NCBI GenBank assembly: GCA_033764315.1
Contig: JANRJA010000225.1
Span: 1-13,486, forward strand
Source of the DNA: Oculatellaceae cyanobacterium bins.114
GTDB taxonomy: Bacteria; Cyanobacteriota; Cyanobacteriia; Elainellales; Elainellaceae
Reading direction: 5' to 3'
DNA: 13,486 bases
Position 1 is the stretch's first letter; each line of letters opens with the position of its first letter. The notes under the pieces are model-generated. The model was given only the letters and a program-made list of their open reading frames with translations, had not been told where the DNA came from and did no database searches. Shown here piece by piece: positions 1-7,376 of the stretch. A program made the translations under genes and the position numbers.

Positions 1-736
1 CATCAAAGTGTGCCACCTCTGCCTGTTGCAGAGCTGCAAAAATGCTGCTCTCGACCTCGACCAGCAACTCAAAACACGCCTTTCGAGTCTCGTACAACGT
101 GCCTTCTGACAACGAACACCCTAACACCTCAGACAACAGTCCCTGCACTCGCTCTGACGGGATTAGCTGATAATCCATCAGATACACCATTAAGCTCCGC
201 AACCTTGAACCATACTGGACTCGATTGGTCACACCCACCGGAAAGGTTGCCTCATTTCGCTGCCCACAACAGGCGCATTGTTTAACGGCGACTTGATGCT
301 CGCTCACCCTCATTTCAATCGGTACTAAATCATGCACTTGAGCACATTGCCATTCCAATACCCTCATCTCTGCCAACGATGCCCCGCAGCCTTGACACAC
401 TTCAATCACGTGTTGCTCAATCTCATCGGGCACCTCTACCCATTCCAGGGTGCTGCCAGGGTGTCCGGTTTGTCCACCGCTTTTACGTCCACTTTTACTT
501 CGCAAACTTTGGGGCCGTTTCTTAAACCCATCTCCCGATGGAGGTTTGCTACTGGTCTGACTATCTTTACTCGCTTGGTCTTCTAGCACTTTAATGCGCG
601 CTGCTAATTTCTCTATCGCGTCTGCTTGGGCTTTGAGTAACTTCTCGACTAATGCAATCACAGCCTTTTCACCCTGCTGGTACGCGGCACGGATCACTTC
701 CCGAAGCTGCTCTGATTGTTCAGACGGTTCCTTCAT
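1..736 (-). CDS. IS66-family transposase, N-terminal 245 aa (3'-truncated by window edge)
   Basis: Translated by hand from ATG 736 and open to base 1: MKEPSEQ..., coiled coil, SSKPPSGDG, RKSGGQTGHPG, Zn-finger CQGCG...CACCG, QYGSRL...YQLIPSERV...LSEGTL, ending at VAHFD (first catalytic Asp of the DDE motif). Missing from the ORF track because there is no stop in the window. Confidence 0.93.
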   Translation of the reverse strand, partial: MKEPSEQSEQLREVIRAAYQQGEKAVIALVEKLLKAQADAIEKLAARIKVLEDQASKDSQTSSKPPSGDGFKKRPQSLRSKSGRKSGGQTGHPGSTLEWVEVPDEIEQHVIEVCQGCGASLAEMRVLEWQCAQVHDLVPIEMRVSEHQVAVKQCACCGQRNEATFPVGVTNRVQYGSRLRSLMVYLMDYQLIPSERVQGLLSEVLGCSLSEGTLYETRKACFELLVEVESSIFAALQQAEVAHFD

Positions 737-807
737 TGATCATGCTCAATGCCCTGCTTCCAACAATAACCCAGTTATCCCCACTCCACTTAAACTCAGC
801 AAGTTTT

Positions 808-821
808 GCCTGAGTAGTTAC
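808..821 (-). repeat. Left terminal inverted repeat of the IS66 element (inner boundary approximate)
   Basis: GTAACTACTCAGGC on the minus strand. The partner end is not visible, so the length is uncertain. Confidence 0.7.
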
Positions 822-971
822 AAGTGTTTGGTTTAACCGCAGGGTATGCTTTGTATCTGTATCCAGTACGGGTGCTTCTGATGTGGATTGGCTTGAATCT
901 GCAACGACGAGCTTTGTTGTTGTAGTCACGGTTTTAACCCCCAAAAACTCCTCAGACGGTCTCACAGACAA
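822..971 (-). pseudogene. Probable 5' fragment of a gene interrupted by the IS66 insertion
   Basis: ORF 720..971 is chimeric: 50 codons outside the IS (...HTLRLNQTL) followed by read-through into the IS end (VTTQAK...). In-frame starts are TTG 971, GTG 965 (AAGAGG 6 nt upstream) and GTG 929 (MTTTTKL...). Product not recognised. Confidence 0.45.
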
Positions 972-1070
972 CCTCTTAGGAAAGTTGCATATTAGAAGCT
1001 TTGTATCTCGTTAAGTGTTGGGAGTGTTAACAAATGGATGGTACTGGATGTGAGCAAGCATCTTTTATGG

Positions 1071-1112
1071 TCTGATGTAAAAAGTTTGATGTAAAAAATC
1101 TGGTGTAAAAAT
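1071..1112. repeat. Three tandem 14-bp repeats
   Basis: TCTGATGTAAAAAG (1071-1084), TTTGATGTAAAAAA (1085-1098), TCTGGTGTAAAAAT (1099-1112). Confidence 0.85.
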
Positions 1113-1146
1113 GCCATGTAGGGCATGAACCGTAGGCATTTTTACA
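1104..1146 (-). terminator. Inverted repeat, possible terminator or 3' stem-loop of the P-II-like gene
   Basis: Perfect 12-bp arms TGTAAAAATGCC (1104-1115) and GGCATTTTTACA (1135-1146) with a 19-nt loop, about 30 bp past the P-II stop. T-tracts follow on the minus strand. Confidence 0.5.
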
Positions 1147-1177
1147 AGACCTGACCTTCAAAAGAAAGGCGTTACTG

Positions 1178-1477
1178 TTAATCAAATAACCCTTCTACTG
1201 TTTGCCGAAATGCAATCAAAGCGTGGCTTGTCTGCAATGGCTTGAGGTCTTCTAGCAATTGATCAGAGATCTCTGGAGCAACAACCGTTTTGATTTCAAT
1301 GTTGGTGTTGTAACCTGCCATGTCGCCCATCCGTCTGCCGTGGCTCCCTGCACCTTGCGCTGGAATAATGGTATAACCAGACACTTTAAGCTGGGTGAGG
1401 AGGCGAATTAAACGGTCTTGCAATACAGCTTCCCCAATGATAGTAACGAGGGTACCTTGAGTTAAAGAAGAGGACAT
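1178..1477 (-). CDS. P-II superfamily signalling protein, SbtB/CPII-like
   Basis: 99 aa with LVTIIGEAVL, SGYTI, QGAGSHG and NIEIKTVV, which follow the SbtB/CPII pattern rather than GlnB/GlnK (no long T-loop, no TGxxGDGKIF). No C-terminal CGPxGC. GGAG RBS upstream. Confidence 0.85.
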   Translation of the reverse strand: MSSSLTQGTLVTIIGEAVLQDRLIRLLTQLKVSGYTIIPAQGAGSHGRRMGDMAGYNTNIEIKTVVAPEISDQLLEDLKPLQTSHALIAFRQTVEGLFD

Positions 1478-1512
1478 AATTAAACTCCGTAAAAACTTTT
1501 GGAATAGCGATC

Positions 1513-1552
1513 GCTTTTGTCAAAGCGTTTAACAAAATGCCTTGACAAAAGC
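1513..1552. promoter_or_regulatory. 18-bp imperfect inverted repeat between ftsH4 and the P-II-like gene
   Basis: GCTTTTGTCAAAGCGTTT-AACA-AAATGCCTTGACAAAAGC. The outer 11 bp are perfect and each arm contains TTGACA on opposite strands. Function (terminator, operator or processing site) undetermined. Confidence 0.5.
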
Positions 1553-1587
1553 ATTTATCTAAAGCGACTGAAGAGTTGGTTAGGACG

Positions 1588-1606
1588 GGGTGCAACGGTT
1601 ACACCC
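1588..1606 (-). other. Short GC-rich stem-loop just after the ftsH4 stop
   Basis: Minus strand GGGTGTAAC-C-GTTGCACCC with one G-U pair. No U-tract follows, so it is more likely a stabilising hairpin than a terminator. Confidence 0.45.
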
Positions 1607-1622
1607 TGCATTAACAGCGTGA

Positions 1623-3485
1623 CTAGGCGGATGTAGCTTGAGCTTGGCTTAACAAATGATGCAATTTTTCACCTTCGATCGCTTCGGTTTCTAAGAGTTG
1701 CAGGGTAATGGTTTCCAGCAAGTCTCGATTGCGGTTGAGCGTGTCTAGTGCCTGTTGATGAGCCGTTTCAACAATATCTTTGACTTCACGGTCGATCGCC
1801 TCTGATGTTTCCTCACTCATCATGCGGCGAGGATTAGGTGCGCTGTCATTTAGAAACAGGGGTCGTGTACCTTGCTGATAGGCTAGCGGACCCAAAATTT
1901 TGCTCATGCCGAAGGTTGTTACCATCTGCTCTGCCAAATCGGTTGCTCGCTGCAAATCATTGGAGGCACCAGTCGTGATGCTTTTAAACACAATTTCTTC
2001 TGCTGAACGACCCCCTAACAAGGTTGCAATCTGTCCTCGCAATTCCGCTTCATCCAGCAGGAATCGATCTTCGGTGGGAAGTTGCAGAGTATAACCCAAC
2101 GCTGCCATGCCACGAGACACAATGGAAATTTTTTCGACGCGATTGCTTCCTGGCATCAGTGACCCTACCAGAGCATGACCTACTTCATGATAGGCCACAA
2201 TTTTTTTCTCTGTGTCGTTAAGGACACGGCTTTTCTTTTCAAGCCCAGCCACAACCCGTTCGATCGCCTCAGCAAAATCTGTTTGTGCTACTGCCTGACG
2301 TTTGTTGCGAGCAGCTAACAGGGCGGCTTCATTGACCAAATTTGCCAGATCTGCACCAGCAAAACCAGGTGTGCGAGTGGCGATCGCCCTTAGATCAACA
2401 TCCTCACCTAACTTCACTTTCTGAGAATGAATATTGAGAATCGCTTCTCGTCCTGATAACGCCGGACGATCTACTAACACTTGTCGATCAAACCGACCGG
2501 GACGCAGAAGAGCCGGATCCAGGATTTCAGGACGATTGGTGGCTGCTAGCACAATCACCGTCGCCCCTTCCATCGCAAATCCATCCATCTCAGATAGCAA
2601 CTGGTTCAACGTTTGTTCACGCTCATCATTACCCCCATAAAAACCGTTACTGCTGCGCGACTTGCCGATCGCATCTAGTTCATCAATAAACACGATACAA
2701 GGCGCTTGCTTCTTGGCTTGCTCAAACAGATCTCGCACTCGTGAAGACCCGACCCCAACAAACATTTCTACAAATTCAGAGCCAGAGATACTGAAAAAGG
2801 GTACTTTTGCTTCCCCTGCAACCGCTTTTGCCAGCAGTGTTTTCCCGGTTCCTGGTGGACCCACCAGCAACACTCCTTTGGGAATCCTTGCCCCAATCTG
2901 GGTATACCGTTCTGGTGTTTTGAGAAAATCGACAATCTCAACTAACTCCGTTTTGGCTTCCTCAACTCCGGCAACATCGGCAAAAGTGGTTCTTGCAGAT
3001 TCTCCCTCAACATATACCTTGGCTTTGCTCTTGCCAATTGACAGCATACCTTGAGACCCTCCACCACTGCGACGGGCAAAAAACTGCCAGATGCCTACAA
3101 AAATCAGTGGTGGAATGACCCAACTCAACACACTGCCTAACCAGCGATTTTTGGGTGGAGGAGCCGCCGCAAACTCAACCCCTTTTGCTTCAAGCAAATT
3201 AGGTAGATCTAAATCAAAAATAGGGGTTGTTAAAAATACAGATCCAAATGGTTCATTACCATCGCTTTTCAACTGAAATCGAATTTGATTTTGACCGATT
3301 TGCGCCCGTTCGACTTCTCCTGCTTGCACTTGATGGATGAACAAGCTGTAGGGCACGCCAGGAGTTTGAGGGCTTAAAGCACGGGGCAAGATGAAATTAG
3401 CAGCCAGGAATAATAATCCTGAAATCAGAAAAATGGTACTAAATAAACGGGATCGTGAGGGGTTGGGTTGATTTTTAATGGGCAT
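1623..3485 (-). CDS. ftsH4: ATP-dependent zinc metalloprotease FtsH, FtsH4 type
   Basis: 620 aa with two TM segments, Walker A GPPGTGKT, pore FVG, Walker [30 protein letters not shown] and HEVGH zinc motif. N-terminal VPYSLFI, TTPIFDL and [13 protein letters not shown] match my recollection of Synechocystis Sll1463/FtsH4. Confidence 0.95.
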   Translation of the reverse strand: MPIKNQPNPSRSRLFSTIFLISGLLFLAANFILPRALSPQTPGVPYSLFIHQVQAGEVERAQIGQNQIRFQLKSDGNEPFGSVFLTTPIFDLDLPNLLEAKGVEFAAAPPPKNRWLGSVLSWVIPPLIFVGIWQFFARRSGGGSQGMLSIGKSKAKVYVEGESARTTFADVAGVEEAKTELVEIVDFLKTPERYTQIGARIPKGVLLVGPPGTGKTLLAKAVAGEAKVPFFSISGSEFVEMFVGVGSSRVRDLFEQAKKQAPCIVFIDELDAIGKSRSSNGFYGGNDEREQTLNQLLSEMDGFAMEGATVIVLAATNRPEILDPALLRPGRFDRQVLVDRPALSGREAILNIHSQKVKLGEDVDLRAIATRTPGFAGADLANLVNEAALLAARNKRQAVAQTDFAEAIERVVAGLEKKSRVLNDTEKKIVAYHEVGHALVGSLMPGSNRVEKISIVSRGMAALGYTLQLPTEDRFLLDEAELRGQIATLLGGRSAEEIVFKSITTGASNDLQRATDLAEQMVTTFGMSKILGPLAYQQGTRPLFLNDSAPNPRRMMSEETSEAIDREVKDIVETAHQQALDTLNRNRDLLETITLQLLETEAIEGEKLHHLLSQAQATSA

Positions 3486-3572
3486 CGTAATTCTATAAAT
3501 ACTGGAATAGGGTAGTGGGAGATTGAAAAATGTTTTCTGATCACTGAGTGAATTGATGGTGACATAGTCAAC

Positions 3573-3613
3573 AAAAAGCTCTCGCCAACTGATCTAGGTT
3601 TAGTGGCAAGAGC
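3573..3613 (-). terminator. Rho-independent terminator downstream of the 43-aa ORF
   Basis: Minus strand GCTCTTGCCA...TGGCGAGAGC (10-bp stem with one G-U pair that works only on this strand) followed directly by TTTTT. Confidence 0.7.
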
Positions 3614-3677
3614 GTTTGGTAGTTAGAGCAAGGCGATCGCTCACTATGAGACATCATTAAACGATATCAATGTGTCT

Positions 3678-3809
3678 CTATTTTGAACCACCAAATAGCC
3701 CTGGCAACGTACCATCATGTCTTCTTGGATCTTTCTTCTGTTTCTTGCTTCCCTCAGAATCTGCCTTTGGTTTCTTAGATTCTTTGTTACTTTTTTGTTG
3801 CTTTGACAT
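3678..3809 (-). CDS. Small Lys-rich hypothetical protein (43 aa)
   Basis: MSKQQKSNKESKKPKADSEGSKKQKKDPRRHDGTLPGLFGGSK. ATG at 3809 with GAGG RBS at 3821-3818, TAG at 3680-3678, terminator about 65 bp downstream. Below the ORF-track size cutoff. Confidence 0.7.
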   Translation of the reverse strand: MSKQQKSNKESKKPKADSEGSKKQKKDPRRHDGTLPGLFGGSK

Positions 3810-3902
3810 CAATATTTCCTCAATTAAAATCTTTAACAATTCTGAGTCAGTAATGACCAGTTGCCATTTGCTGTGAATGGGATTTGACGTGAGGGCGATC
3901 GC

Positions 3903-4130
3903 TTACTCCTCATCATCATCTTCAGTTTCTAGAACATAAAGTTCTGGTTCTAGAATGTCATCTAGATCTTCTGAAATTTTGTGCTCTTGAAATTCGTCAT
4001 TTTCGCTAGACCGAAACCGACCACTACTCTCTAACCAATTCAAAAGGGTCTCTTTTGGAATAGGAGGAACAAGTCTCATCGGTTGATTTCGAGGCTCTTC
4101 AGAGAGAGCAGGATTGTAATAGGTAGCCAT
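3903..4130 (-). CDS. DUF3134-like small cyanobacterial protein
   Basis: 75 aa. NPALSEEPRNQP...LLNWLESSGRF followed by an acidic tail resembles the DUF3134 pattern (NPSL-EEPR-QP...LL-WLE-TGRL) as I recall it. Confidence 0.75.
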   Translation of the reverse strand: MATYYNPALSEEPRNQPMRLVPPIPKETLLNWLESSGRFRSSENDEFQEHKISEDLDDILEPELYVLETEDDDEE

Positions 4131-4274
4131 AACTTATCGTCCTATAAGATACTAGTTGCAACGTGGAAAAGTTGACGTGACGCTCTCAAAAAAGAGATGC
4201 AATCACATCGGCAAAACTGGATGAAGGATGATTAAATAGTTTCGATAATAGTTAGCTGATACAGGTTATTCCAA

Positions 4275-4300
4275 TACGGTAGAAGACTACGGTAGAAAAC
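4275..4300. repeat. 13-bp tandem direct repeat
   Basis: TACGGTAGAAGAC TACGGTAGAAAAC (one mismatch), 145-170 bp upstream of the DUF3134-like start. Confidence 0.7.
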
Positions 4301-4673
4301 CAGTCTGCGATTTAACCGAAATTTATCTAAACGTTAGCAGGCATCAGTTCATTACCAACACTTTGATACCTTTGTAGAAGTTGAGGGTTTTCCCGGGTGT
4401 CTTAGCATGGCCTATGGGTGCCCTCTTAATAGACTTTATAGTGTGATCATAGTCTATTTAAACAATTTTGATGTGTTACTACAAGAGCTGAGTATCTCTT
4501 AGCTTCTTACAGACCAGTTGGTGTAGCTCTTACAGCGATTTTCAAATTGATCAACCACAGTAAAGCGGAGAGGGGTAGATGAGTCGATGGGTAGATGTAG
4601 CTCAAGCCAATGCAAATGGCTATAGAAACCAATTTGTTGAAACAGTCTTAAATAAGATGGTCTGATAATAAAT

Positions 4674-4706
4674 GAGGATGTGCTGCGCTGGTTGCAACAC
4701 ATCCTC
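4674..4706 (-). terminator. Stem-loop, likely terminator of the radical SAM gene
   Basis: Minus strand GAGGATGTGTTGC-AACCAGC-GCAGCACATCCTC (13-bp stem, one G-U) followed by ATTTATT, about 80 bp after the stop. Confidence 0.6.
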
Positions 4707-4786
4707 CCTTACACAGATGATTTTTAGTGAGCTACCTGCTCTGTCTTAAAGCCATTAAAACAGCAGACTTTAAGTTTAGACAGAGT

Positions 4787-6376
4787 TTAGACAGAGGTAG
4801 GGACTGCTAATTTGGCATCTTTTGCTTGCCTCGATGCGTAATCCCGTAGTTCCGCTTCAATTTCTTGTCGAATAATCTGGCGATACTCCAAGAAATGTTC
4901 AATGTGAGCGCAACTGGTTAAATAATATGTGAACACTCCTGGATTCTTCCGCATGATGTCAAAGAGTTGTTTCCAGAACTGCCAGCGAGTGCTGCGTTTG
5001 ATTCCTTGTCGCCAGAAGATGGTAAGCACCGCCCGGATTTCGACTAGCTCCAGCATTTGAGGATTTTTCTTTTTATGAGGAGTCGGCGTCATATTTAGAA
5101 AATGACGGTAAACTCGCGCCAAATAGCGGTCAGGTTCATACAACTGCCAGAAGCAATTAATATATTCTGTCGCGATATCCTCAATTGGACGAGTTGGCAC
5201 AAAGTTCATCAGTGTTGTTTGTTTTCCAGTCACGGCTGTTTGGTCTGCCTGTAACCGTCCTTCTTTCTCAAGGCGGTACCAAAGGGCTGTTCCGGGGAGA
5301 GCTTGCAACATGCCAAAGAGTGCCTGGGGAATAGCGGTCGCTTCCACAAAGTCAATGATGCGATCGCCCGCCCCCGCTTTCTCTCCGTCAAACCCGATGA
5401 TAAACCCTGCCATCACTCGCAGACCTGAGCGGTTGATGTTTTTAACGGCTTCTACCAATGAGTTGCGGGTGTTTTGAAATTTTTGAGTGAGTGACAAACT
5501 GTCGGTGTCAGGAGTCTCAATGCCCAAGAAGACAGCCGTAAAGTTAGCTGCGATCATCAAATCTAATAGTTCTTGGTCTTGTGCCAAATCGACCGACGCT
5601 TCTGTGGAGAGGCTAAAGGGATAGTCATGGGCTGCCATCCAGGGTGCCAGTTCTCGCAGCATTACTTTGGCATTGCGCTTGTTGCCAATGAAGTTATCAT
5701 CCACAACAAAGACCGATCGCCGCCAACCTAAGTCATACAGAGTTTGCAATTCTGCTAGCAATTGAGCAGGGGTTTTAGTGCGGGGCTTGCGTCCGTACAA
5801 CACAATAATGTCGCAGAATTCACATTGGTAGGGGCAACCCCGTGAGAATTGCACTGACATGTCACTGTATGCTGACAGGTCGAGCAGGTCAAATCGAGGA
5901 ATGGGGGTGGTCGTCACATCTGGTTTTTCACCATTGGCGCGGAAGGTGCCAGAGGTTTCTCCTCGTTCTAAGGCTTCAACCAGCAGGGGCAGAGTGATTT
6001 CACCTTCATCTAATACCAAAAAATCGGCTCCAGCTTCGCGGGCAGGATCAGGTACAGAGGTGACGTAGGGGCCCCCAACGGCAACTAATTTACCTCGTTT
6101 CTTGGCGGACTCAATCAGGTAGAGCATGTCATTTTTTTGCACGATCATGCCAGAGATGATCACCAGATCTGCCCAATACCAGTCAGCTTCACTCTCATAT
6201 CTAACGTTGCGATCGACTAAACGAAATTCCCAGGTTTGAGGCAGGATAGCAGCAACAGTGGTTAAACTCAGAGGCGGCAGAGAAACCTTGCGCCCAATTA
6301 ATTCTAGAGTTTTGTCAAAAGACCAGAATGATTTGGGAAATAGAGGATGAAGTAATAAAACTCGCATGATACTCAC
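4787..6376 (-). CDS. B12-binding-domain radical SAM protein (DUF4070-type C-terminus)
   Basis: 529 aa with an N-terminal cobalamin-binding domain (PPLSL...VAVGGPY...EGE), SRGCPYQCEFC (CxxxCxxC), DDNFIGN, FLGIET and GFIIGFD. The true start may be ATG 6367 (MRVLLL). Confidence 0.92.
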   Translation of the reverse strand: MSIMRVLLLHPLFPKSFWSFDKTLELIGRKVSLPPLSLTTVAAILPQTWEFRLVDRNVRYESEADWYWADLVIISGMIVQKNDMLYLIESAKKRGKLVAVGGPYVTSVPDPAREAGADFLVLDEGEITLPLLVEALERGETSGTFRANGEKPDVTTTPIPRFDLLDLSAYSDMSVQFSRGCPYQCEFCDIIVLYGRKPRTKTPAQLLAELQTLYDLGWRRSVFVVDDNFIGNKRNAKVMLRELAPWMAAHDYPFSLSTEASVDLAQDQELLDLMIAANFTAVFLGIETPDTDSLSLTQKFQNTRNSLVEAVKNINRSGLRVMAGFIIGFDGEKAGAGDRIIDFVEATAIPQALFGMLQALPGTALWYRLEKEGRLQADQTAVTGKQTTLMNFVPTRPIEDIATEYINCFWQLYEPDRYLARVYRHFLNMTPTPHKKKNPQMLELVEIRAVLTIFWRQGIKRSTRWQFWKQLFDIMRKNPGVFTYYLTSCAHIEHFLEYRQIIRQEIEAELRDYASRQAKDAKLAVPTSV

Positions 6377-6807
6377 TCAGTTCAGTAAATGACTATAGCG
6401 TTGCCTGAAAGCCTGAATTTAGCTTCAAATGGGAATTTCAACAGGGAAACTGTTTGTCCAGCGCTACATCTTTACCAGGATACAGCCTCCTTCAAGCTCT
6501 ACTAGCTTTTTTATTTATTAAAGTCGTCTTAACGAGGTGCTGTTAAATTTACAATGGTTACCATTGAATAATTCAATGGGATCGCTTAGATATTTGTGGA
6601 GTCCCTATTTCCAAAGGCTTTCAAGCTTTAGTGCAGGCTGCAAAAATCTCAGAATGGGCTTAATATCGTCAAAGATTTTTTCAATTCGGCTGAGAGTAGG
6701 AACCCTGGGTGGCTCAATTTCTTCTTTATAATTTATCTAGGAAATCTTTTGAAATGCCAATTCTCTCGTGGAGTAGTTGCTTACCTTCAGAGATAAAAAA
6801 TCTGGGT

Positions 6808-7260
6808 TTAGGAAATAGGTTGCTCTCTGTGTGAACGAAGCTCGGCGATCGCTCGATGCATTTGTAAAATACGTCGGACTCGGTGCCGCAGCACTGCCCA
6901 ATGAATGGGTTTGGTAACGAAGTCAATTGCCCCACTGGCAAAGGCGCGATCGACGGATGCGAGATCAGAAAGAGCCGTGATCATCAAAATTGGAGGACAG
7001 CGATCGCCCAGATATTGGTGCAACTGTTCACAACAATCAAATCCATCTAACCTCGGCATCATTGCATCTAGCAAGATAATATCGGGGATCTGTTGTTGAC
7101 AGAGGGTTAAACAAGCATCCCCTGTACTGGCTTCTAAAACCTGATATTTTTCCATTTCCATAGCGCGGCACAGCATCAGCCTGAGATTGCGCTCGTCATC
7201 TACGATCAAAACAGTAGAGTGAGAAATATCAACTGTGGAATAGCTGATCATGCGGTTCAT
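6808..7260 (-). CDS. Response regulator, receiver domain only with a short helical tail
   Basis: 150 aa with VLIVDD, IILLDAMMP (phosphoacceptor Asp), ILMITA and FVTKP. No output domain. Confidence 0.93.
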   Translation of the reverse strand: MNRMISYSTVDISHSTVLIVDDERNLRLMLCRAMEMEKYQVLEASTGDACLTLCQQQIPDIILLDAMMPRLDGFDCCEQLHQYLGDRCPPILMITALSDLASVDRAFASGAIDFVTKPIHWAVLRHRVRRILQMHRAIAELRSHREQPIS

Positions 7261-7376
7261 CCTTTCCGATGTCTATACGACTTTGATTAGTACCACGCTG
7301 TTCATCTCATAGCGAATCTATTTCGTCAGGTATCTCTATTTTGGGTATACCAACGAAGCATTCAGGGTAGAAATTG

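Larger units (their letters stand above)
1..821 (-). mobile_element. IS66-family insertion sequence (single-ORF, ISBst12-like), left part; runs off the window
   Basis: The minus strand from 821 reads GTAACTACTCAGG, matching the GTAA start of IS66 ends. It lies 85 bp upstream of an IS66-type transposase ORF with no room for tnpA/tnpB accessory genes. The right end and target duplication are outside the window. Confidence 0.88.

Noticed and set aside
1..821. No HIP1 site inside the IS as evidence of foreign origin
   Set aside because: At about 1.1 sites per kb only one would be expected, so the absence is not informative.
10..836. Plus-strand ORFs 10..285, 332..586 and 594..836
   Set aside because: Antisense shadows of the IS66 transposase with no recognisable motifs.
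1071..1112. Tandem repeats as a CRISPR array
   Set aside because: The units are 14 bp, have no spacers, and there are no cas genes.
2105..2475. FtsH substitutions (VSRG for the usual VPRG, DRPA for DRPD) as signs of inactivation
   Set aside because: All catalytic motifs (Walker A/B, Arg finger, HEXXH) are intact, and significance cannot be judged without an alignment.
1386..3276. Short ORFs overlapping the P-II-like gene and ftsH4
   Set aside because: Alternative-frame or antisense shadows of well-supported genes.
3670..3876. Plus-strand 68-aa ORF
   Set aside because: Its Phe/Leu/Cys-rich composition mirrors the Lys-rich minus-strand ORF, which is the one with an RBS and terminator.
3884..4180. 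TTGACGTGA repeated on both sides of the DUF3134-like gene (3884-3892 and 4172-4180)
   Set aside because: One 9-mer match within a region this size can arise by chance, and there are no mobile-element ends.
4201..4320. GGCAAAAC suggesting a c-di-GMP-I riboswitch
   Set aside because: The other conserved motifs and stems are not evident, and it is on the strand opposite the neighbouring genes.
4499..4702. Minus-strand 67-aa ORF
   Set aside because: It starts inside the terminator-like hairpin and has no recognisable protein features.
6537..6941. ORFs 6537..6731 (+), 6726..6941 (-) and a startless minus-strand frame (INYKEEIEPPRVP...)
   Set aside because: No convincing start, RBS or motif, and one overlaps the response regulator out of frame.
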